From a virus (taxonomy: Duplodnaviria; Caudoviricetes), in IMG/VR virus record IMGVR_UViG_3300035661_000064, positions 1-63,323 of that record: a stretch of DNA of 63,323 nt. The stretch is one strand, 5' to 3'. A model generated the notes under the pieces. The model was not told where the DNA came from, ran no database searches, and saw only the letters and a list, made by a program, of their open reading frames with translations. The number at the start of each line of letters is the position of its first letter. The first letter of the stretch is position 1. Position numbers and translations under genes: made by a program. Below are positions 58,891-63,323 of this stretch, piece after piece.

Positions 58891-61800
58891 TTAAAAGTTC
58901 TCTGATATGTTGAACGTGTCTTCTGAATAAACAGATTCTAACAGTTCATGAAGCTCTACGACAATTTGACTTGATGCAGCAACTTTTCCGTTTAAAGCAG
59001 ATTCAATGAAACCCGGATAAGTCATAAGAGCTTCGTTTATCAAACCTATTACGCGAGGAGGAGTATAATAAGACGGAATAACATTGTAACCGTTTCCTTC
59101 AGACGTATTAAACACACTTCCTAAATTTACAAATGGATTGAATGTGATTGCAATTTCACGACCATCGTAATTGTACTTTACGTTGGCATGGATAGTTGTG
59201 TCACGCGTGATTGAATCAATTGTATCAACAACAAAATACTTTTTAGTCAAATCATAATAGATTCCAGCCATGGTATATTGAGCAGCAGCAACTAAATAAG
59301 CACTTGTTTCAGAAGCTTCTAGTGTCTCTGATTGAAATGGACTAGCTTTAAAGATGTCACTAGACTGAATTAACTCTTTTAGTTCAAGCGGGATATCTGA
59401 GCTAACTTCAAGATCATTAGTATCTAACACATTTGCCAAATTGATATGTTTGAAAGCCTTTGTTTTTGCTTTCAAACTCATAGTTACAGCAGGTTTTGTA
59501 TGAGCACGTTCAGTCTTTGCAAACTTAGTAATTTCATTAAAAACTGCAGTGTTCAAACGACACTTGAAAGCAGTTATGTTGATAGTTGGATTAGATATAG
59601 TGAAATGATTGAAGTTGAAAGAAGGATTTAACGCTGAAGAATCATATTGAAACGGTTCTGTTTGATAGCTACTGAGACGTTCTAAGTTCTTTAGTTTTTC
59701 AGCATACGGAACTGATGCAAATCTCCAATGATCTTTGTTAGACGGGATAACAAAATCAACCATTGAAGGATCGGAACTAAAAGCTTTGACAGTAGGAGCA
59801 TAGAAAACTTGTTCATCTCTGAATGGAGAGTTTTTGCTTTTAAATCGACTGAGAGGTTTAAACGGATTGTTTTCTTCAAGCATAAAGAGATCATGCGATT
59901 CGTTAGAATAGAGTAATGCTGCATGAGAAAAGCAAAGCCTTCTGAGACATCCATTAACACTTTCTCTGTTGTCACGAGCATGTTTGTACATCTGGTTGAG
60001 TGAATTAACAAGAGAACTAGATTGAATGGAAAAGCTTTCAAGCTTACTTGTACTAGCATCTTTTATAACAGGAAGCTGAAGGTTAGCATTAGAGGACAAC
60101 ATGAATTTCTCTATGTAAGATGACACGAAAAACGTTTCGTGATCAACATCACGGTAGCTTCGGTTTGAAGATGGAATGGTATTTTCAGAGAAACTGACAA
60201 TTACATCAGAAGTATCATCGTCGTAAGAAGAAACTAAACTATGCAAATCGGTATTGTTATTTTGAATTTCAAAAGATGCAATACCATTAACAGCAAACAA
60301 ACTAGCTAACTCTTTATTTTGAGAAGCTTTAGGATCAGAGAGAATACTGCGAAAGATTAAGTTTGTTACTGGTTTGATGTGAGATGGAATAGTTTCGTTG
60401 TTTGAAGCTAAAGTGTTTGGAACGGTTTTATTTAAAACAACAGCTGTTTCAATTTTGTCGAGACATTTAGGACTTGCGTTGAACGCTAGTCTAGGCGAAA
60501 GATGCGAAGAACTTACGTATCTAGAAGTAGTAGCAGATTCAAACATCATGTCAAGCTTCCACTTAAACTTGTTAGCAGTGGACGCTAGAAAAGGAAGTCT
60601 GGAAAGATTGTGTGTTTCAATCTTGTCATCATCAAACACTACAAATTTCCATTTTCGATTGATGTCGTGGCGACGACCTTGAAACATGTTTCCATTGTTG
60701 CTAGCATCAATAAACGCAGCATTTTGATTGATGGAATTATAGGGAAGAAATGGGTACATTACATGAGTGCCTATTCCCCCGAAACCACGGACAAGAACAG
60801 AGTGTTCAGTATGTTCAAATTCAATATTGAACTCGTTATGTTCTTCTAACTCATCCAAAGAAGAATCAAACAAAGAAAATGGAATAACTGAAGGTCTCGC
60901 TTCTTGAAACAAACGCTCTGTAAAGAAACTGATAGAGAAGTAATCATTTGGGTTTGTCTTTACTTTAGCAAGAATTAGCTTTTCAGGAGAAACACGATCA
61001 GAGCTTAACTCATTTAAACCTGCTGCAACTAATGCAACGTTTGTTTGGTTTGTTATCTTAGCATAGTCAAAGATCTTATTGACAATCAAGCAACGATGAA
61101 TTACTCTTGAAATCAGTTCAATTTCGTTTTGAAACCACAATATACTAGCACTAGTAGAATTGTCAATTGCGTCACATTCAGCTCTTGTTAAAGGAGTTCC
61201 ATCTAGTCTAATGTAACGTTTTTCAGAGTCATGCATGAAAGAGTTACCATACTCGTTAGTCAGCATTTGTTGATAAAGATGGTTAAAGAATGCGCTGTAG
61301 TCATTACCATAAGAAGTTGCAAACTGTTGGTAAGTATCTATTATGAAAAGATAAAGTGCTACAGCTTTATTATGATGTAGATTAGTGTTGCTAACAGCAT
61401 TAATTCGACTATCTATTAAAACACGTTCAGATATTAGCATACTGCTAAGAATGTTTAACGCTTTGATAGGAGCAAAGGCTTCACAAACTTTATCAAACAG
61501 CCAGTCATTTCCATCAAACAGTGTCTCAACGTTTTCAGTTGTTACAAGTTTGATTCCTGAGTAGTCTACGATGATTGTTTCATTTGAAGCAAACAAAGTT
61601 TTATGAAGAGAAATAGGTGTATAATCTTGTTTGATAGCTTTGAACGTAGTGAAATTCAAGATGACATCAAAAGGACTTGCAAAGTCTTTTGTTAGTTCAT
61701 GATGAGTTTCACTAACAATAGGATCATCGCCTAGATGAAAATCCCATCCTGAGATATTGTTCAAAAACTGAGGTTTAAATGTAATTTCACAGTCAGGTCT

Positions 61801-62142
61801 GAGTTCGTTTAATTTGAGAATTTCGCTTTCAAAGATGTTATATTCAAACAAGCTACCTAGATAGTCATCATCATAATTTTTGTGAGCCATGTGAAAGCAT
61901 GTAGTATGATTCGTTAAGAGCAAAAACGTAATTCGAATCTTTTTGAAGTCTAGCATTAAGCAGGATCTCAGAAATTCAAAAATGGATTTGAAATCAAAGA
62001 ACCAATCGTCACTTTTGCTTAATTGCTGACCTGCTGTAATTGAATTACTTGAGAAAGCAATACCAACATATAGTTCATCTTTCACGATAGTTACTAGCGA
62101 ACTTGATCTTTTTCTTTTAGGTGTAATATGCAGAACAGTCAT
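58891..62142 (-). CDS. Giant ThiF/MoeB/E1-like adenylyltransferase (1083 aa)
   Basis: VLVRGFGGIG, VVFDDDKIETHNLSRLP, NKFK, then after a long insert VVDTIDS and YNYDG; GGAG RBS supports ATG 62142. Confidence 0.8.
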   Translation of the reverse strand: MTVLHITPKRKRSSSLVTIVKDELYVGIAFSSNSITAGQQLSKSDDWFFDFKSIFEFLRSCLMLDFKKIRITFLLLTNHTTCFHMAHKNYDDDYLGSLFEYNIFESEILKLNELRPDCEITFKPQFLNNISGWDFHLGDDPIVSETHHELTKDFASPFDVILNFTTFKAIKQDYTPISLHKTLFASNETIIVDYSGIKLVTTENVETLFDGNDWLFDKVCEAFAPIKALNILSSMLISERVLIDSRINAVSNTNLHHNKAVALYLFIIDTYQQFATSYGNDYSAFFNHLYQQMLTNEYGNSFMHDSEKRYIRLDGTPLTRAECDAIDNSTSASILWFQNEIELISRVIHRCLIVNKIFDYAKITNQTNVALVAAGLNELSSDRVSPEKLILAKVKTNPNDYFSISFFTERLFQEARPSVIPFSLFDSSLDELEEHNEFNIEFEHTEHSVLVRGFGGIGTHVMYPFLPYNSINQNAAFIDASNNGNMFQGRRHDINRKWKFVVFDDDKIETHNLSRLPFLASTANKFKWKLDMMFESATTSRYVSSSHLSPRLAFNASPKCLDKIETAVVLNKTVPNTLASNNETIPSHIKPVTNLIFRSILSDPKASQNKELASLFAVNGIASFEIQNNNTDLHSLVSSYDDDTSDVIVSFSENTIPSSNRSYRDVDHETFFVSSYIEKFMLSSNANLQLPVIKDASTSKLESFSIQSSSLVNSLNQMYKHARDNRESVNGCLRRLCFSHAALLYSNESHDLFMLEENNPFKPLSRFKSKNSPFRDEQVFYAPTVKAFSSDPSMVDFVIPSNKDHWRFASVPYAEKLKNLERLSSYQTEPFQYDSSALNPSFNFNHFTISNPTINITAFKCRLNTAVFNEITKFAKTERAHTKPAVTMSLKAKTKAFKHINLANVLDTNDLEVSSDIPLELKELIQSSDIFKASPFQSETLEASETSAYLVAAAQYTMAGIYYDLTKKYFVVDTIDSITRDTTIHANVKYNYDGREIAITFNPFVNLGSVFNTSEGNGYNVIPSYYTPPRVIGLINEALMTYPGFIESALNGKVAASSQIVVELHELLESVYSEDTFNISENF

Positions 62143-62186
62143 AATGTTTACTCCATTGTTTAAAATAAGACAGTTAATACCTAAAA

Positions 62187-62200
62187 TAAATATATATTTA
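62187..62200. promoter_or_regulatory. Palindromic early-promoter-like site TAAATATATATTTA between divergent genes
   Basis: Contains the ATATATT core on both strands. Confidence 0.5.
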
Positions 62201-62246
62201 TTCTTTGTACGAGTTAAATGAGTACTAACCTTAAAGGAGAAAGACA

Positions 62247-62678
62247 ATGAATGACTTTAACAGCTTTGCTGCACTAGATCAGTTTGTACATCTTACAGAA
62301 CAGTTTACTGAAAAAACAACACTGTCTGAAATAGAAAACGCTATAGAAGTATTCAATTCTATATGGGTAAATGCGTTTCAAAATGGACTGTGGGATGATC
62401 AGTCGTTTGGAATCACAGGGAAAAATCTATCAATTCGATTACTTGATCGTTCGTCATCTTTATCGTTTGAAAACCTTTCGTTTGAAGTAATGTCTGATAC
62501 AGAGACTAACGATTTCATTGAATGGGACTTAAACGAATTCTGGGGTATTTTACCTTACTCTCTTGACATGCATAAGCTCAGAAAGATCGAAGCTGGCTTT
62601 GTTAAGTGTTATGAGCTTTACATTAAAACTGACTATACGCAAGAAGATCAGAAAGTATCTAACCGCTTAGGAAATTAA
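62247..62678 (+). CDS. Hypothetical protein
   Basis: AAGGAG RBS, 143 aa. Confidence 0.65.
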   Translation: MNDFNSFAALDQFVHLTEQFTEKTTLSEIENAIEVFNSIWVNAFQNGLWDDQSFGITGKNLSIRLLDRSSSLSFENLSFEVMSDTETNDFIEWDLNEFWGILPYSLDMHKLRKIEAGFVKCYELYIKTDYTQEDQKVSNRLGN

Positions 62679-62685
62679 GAAAGAC

Positions 62686-62716
62686 TTCCCCTTAGCCTTT
62701 GTAGGGCTAAGGGGAA
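62686..62716. terminator. Bidirectional hairpin (CCCTTAGCC family)
   Basis: TTCCCCTTAGCC-TTTGTAG-GGCTAAGGGGAA. Confidence 0.7.
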
Positions 62717-62729
62717 ACTTTACACACGA

Positions 62730-63041
62730 TTAACCTGCAGCAAGCTGGAAGCTGCGTTTAGCGTCAGACAAAGCACGACTGCCATATTTCTGCATAATTG
62801 TTGAACGAATTTCACGCAAACGTGTAGCCATGTCAACATAGCGTTGAAAAAGAGGATCCGAATTAGCTTTTGCCATCATAATTGCACGCTTAGCAGCTTG
62901 ACGGCGAATGATCACTTCTTTCTTAACACGAAACTTACCATTCTCTTGAAGAATAGCCGCTTCTTTAGCTACTTCTTTGTCCATGTCGTCCATGTGTTCC
63001 AGAATAGATTTCATTCCGGGATTGTTGTCTTGAGAAAACAT
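62730..63041 (-). CDS. Small basic late protein (possible virion/head protein)
   Basis: Late promoter 63090-63101 places the start near 63041-63050. Confidence 0.55.
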   Translation of the reverse strand: MFSQDNNPGMKSILEHMDDMDKEVAKEAAILQENGKFRVKKEVIIRRQAAKRAIMMAKANSDPLFQRYVDMATRLREIRSTIMQKYGSRALSDAKRSFQLAAG

Positions 63042-63174
63042 ATGCTTCATTCCTGTAAAATAGTTAAACACGAGGTAAATTAAAAACTTCAATACATTGT
63101 TTAAATGCTCAAGCAAACAAACATAACTTACATAACCGTAACCTTACTTAACCCTATATGAGAAATACATATCC

Positions 63175-63323
63175 ATGAATCAATCATTCAACCCCGCTGA
63201 GTTTGTTTTTCATCAAAACTATTTGTCAGAGCTGCGAAACTTAATGACTAGTCTTGGTGTACAAACTGAAAATCTGTCTGATGACTTCTTAATAGCAAAT
63301 TTCATCCCTGTAGATCGAAAGGA
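63175..63323 (+). CDS. Hypothetical protein, partial
   Basis: MNQSFNPAEFVFHQNYLSELRNLM... open to the window end. Confidence 0.5.
   Translation, partial: MNQSFNPAEFVFHQNYLSELRNLMTSLGVQTENLSDDFLIANFIPVDRK

Noticed and set aside
59230-60470. Intein in the E1-like protein (CLDKIETAVV resembles block A)
   Set aside because: No C-terminal HN/HQ followed by C/S/T and no recognisable block B or homing endonuclease motifs.
1608-63083. Numerous 60-125-aa ORFs antisense or out of frame within long genes (e.g. 1608, 10249, 15529, 23207, 37367, 44054, 59691, 62844)
   Set aside because: Overlap well-supported genes and lack RBS, promoter or recognisable motifs.

Overview
AT-rich, densely coding 63-kb segment of a jumbo myophage of the AR9/PBS1/phiR1-37 type. 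The assignment rests on a split RNA polymerase beta' fragment, two phage-specific promoter classes (early AAACATATATTA; late AACA-N6-TG/TA, matching the AR9 late consensus) and a small PolB-like subunit. Core genes: PAAR, gp5-like and gp53-like baseplate proteins, prohead protease, a long tail/fibre cluster, NAD-dependent ligase, NrdB, Dda-like helicase, RecA/UvsX, DnaB, SbcD and a putative endolysin. Most notable accessory content: (1) an apparently complete phage-encoded ubiquitin-like conjugation set, made of an HTH-Ubl fusion ending in Gly-Gly, a JAB peptidase and an E2-like protein (38.5-42.3 kb) plus a giant ThiF/E1 protein (58.9-62.1 kb), all behind early-type promoter motifs; (2) a stand-alone 897-aa reverse transcriptase with an altered motif B and no evident retron, DGR or intron partner; (3) a candidate ~360-nt structured ncRNA and a ~95-nt small RNA, each with its own late promoter, flanking a minimal nucleotidyltransferase; (4) a structured 5' leader reused three times, with tandem paralogs that have conserved ends and variable middles; (5) antirepressor-like genes carrying GC-rich palindromes, one of which is copied in front of recA. 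All calls come from manual motif reading; no database search or folding program was run.
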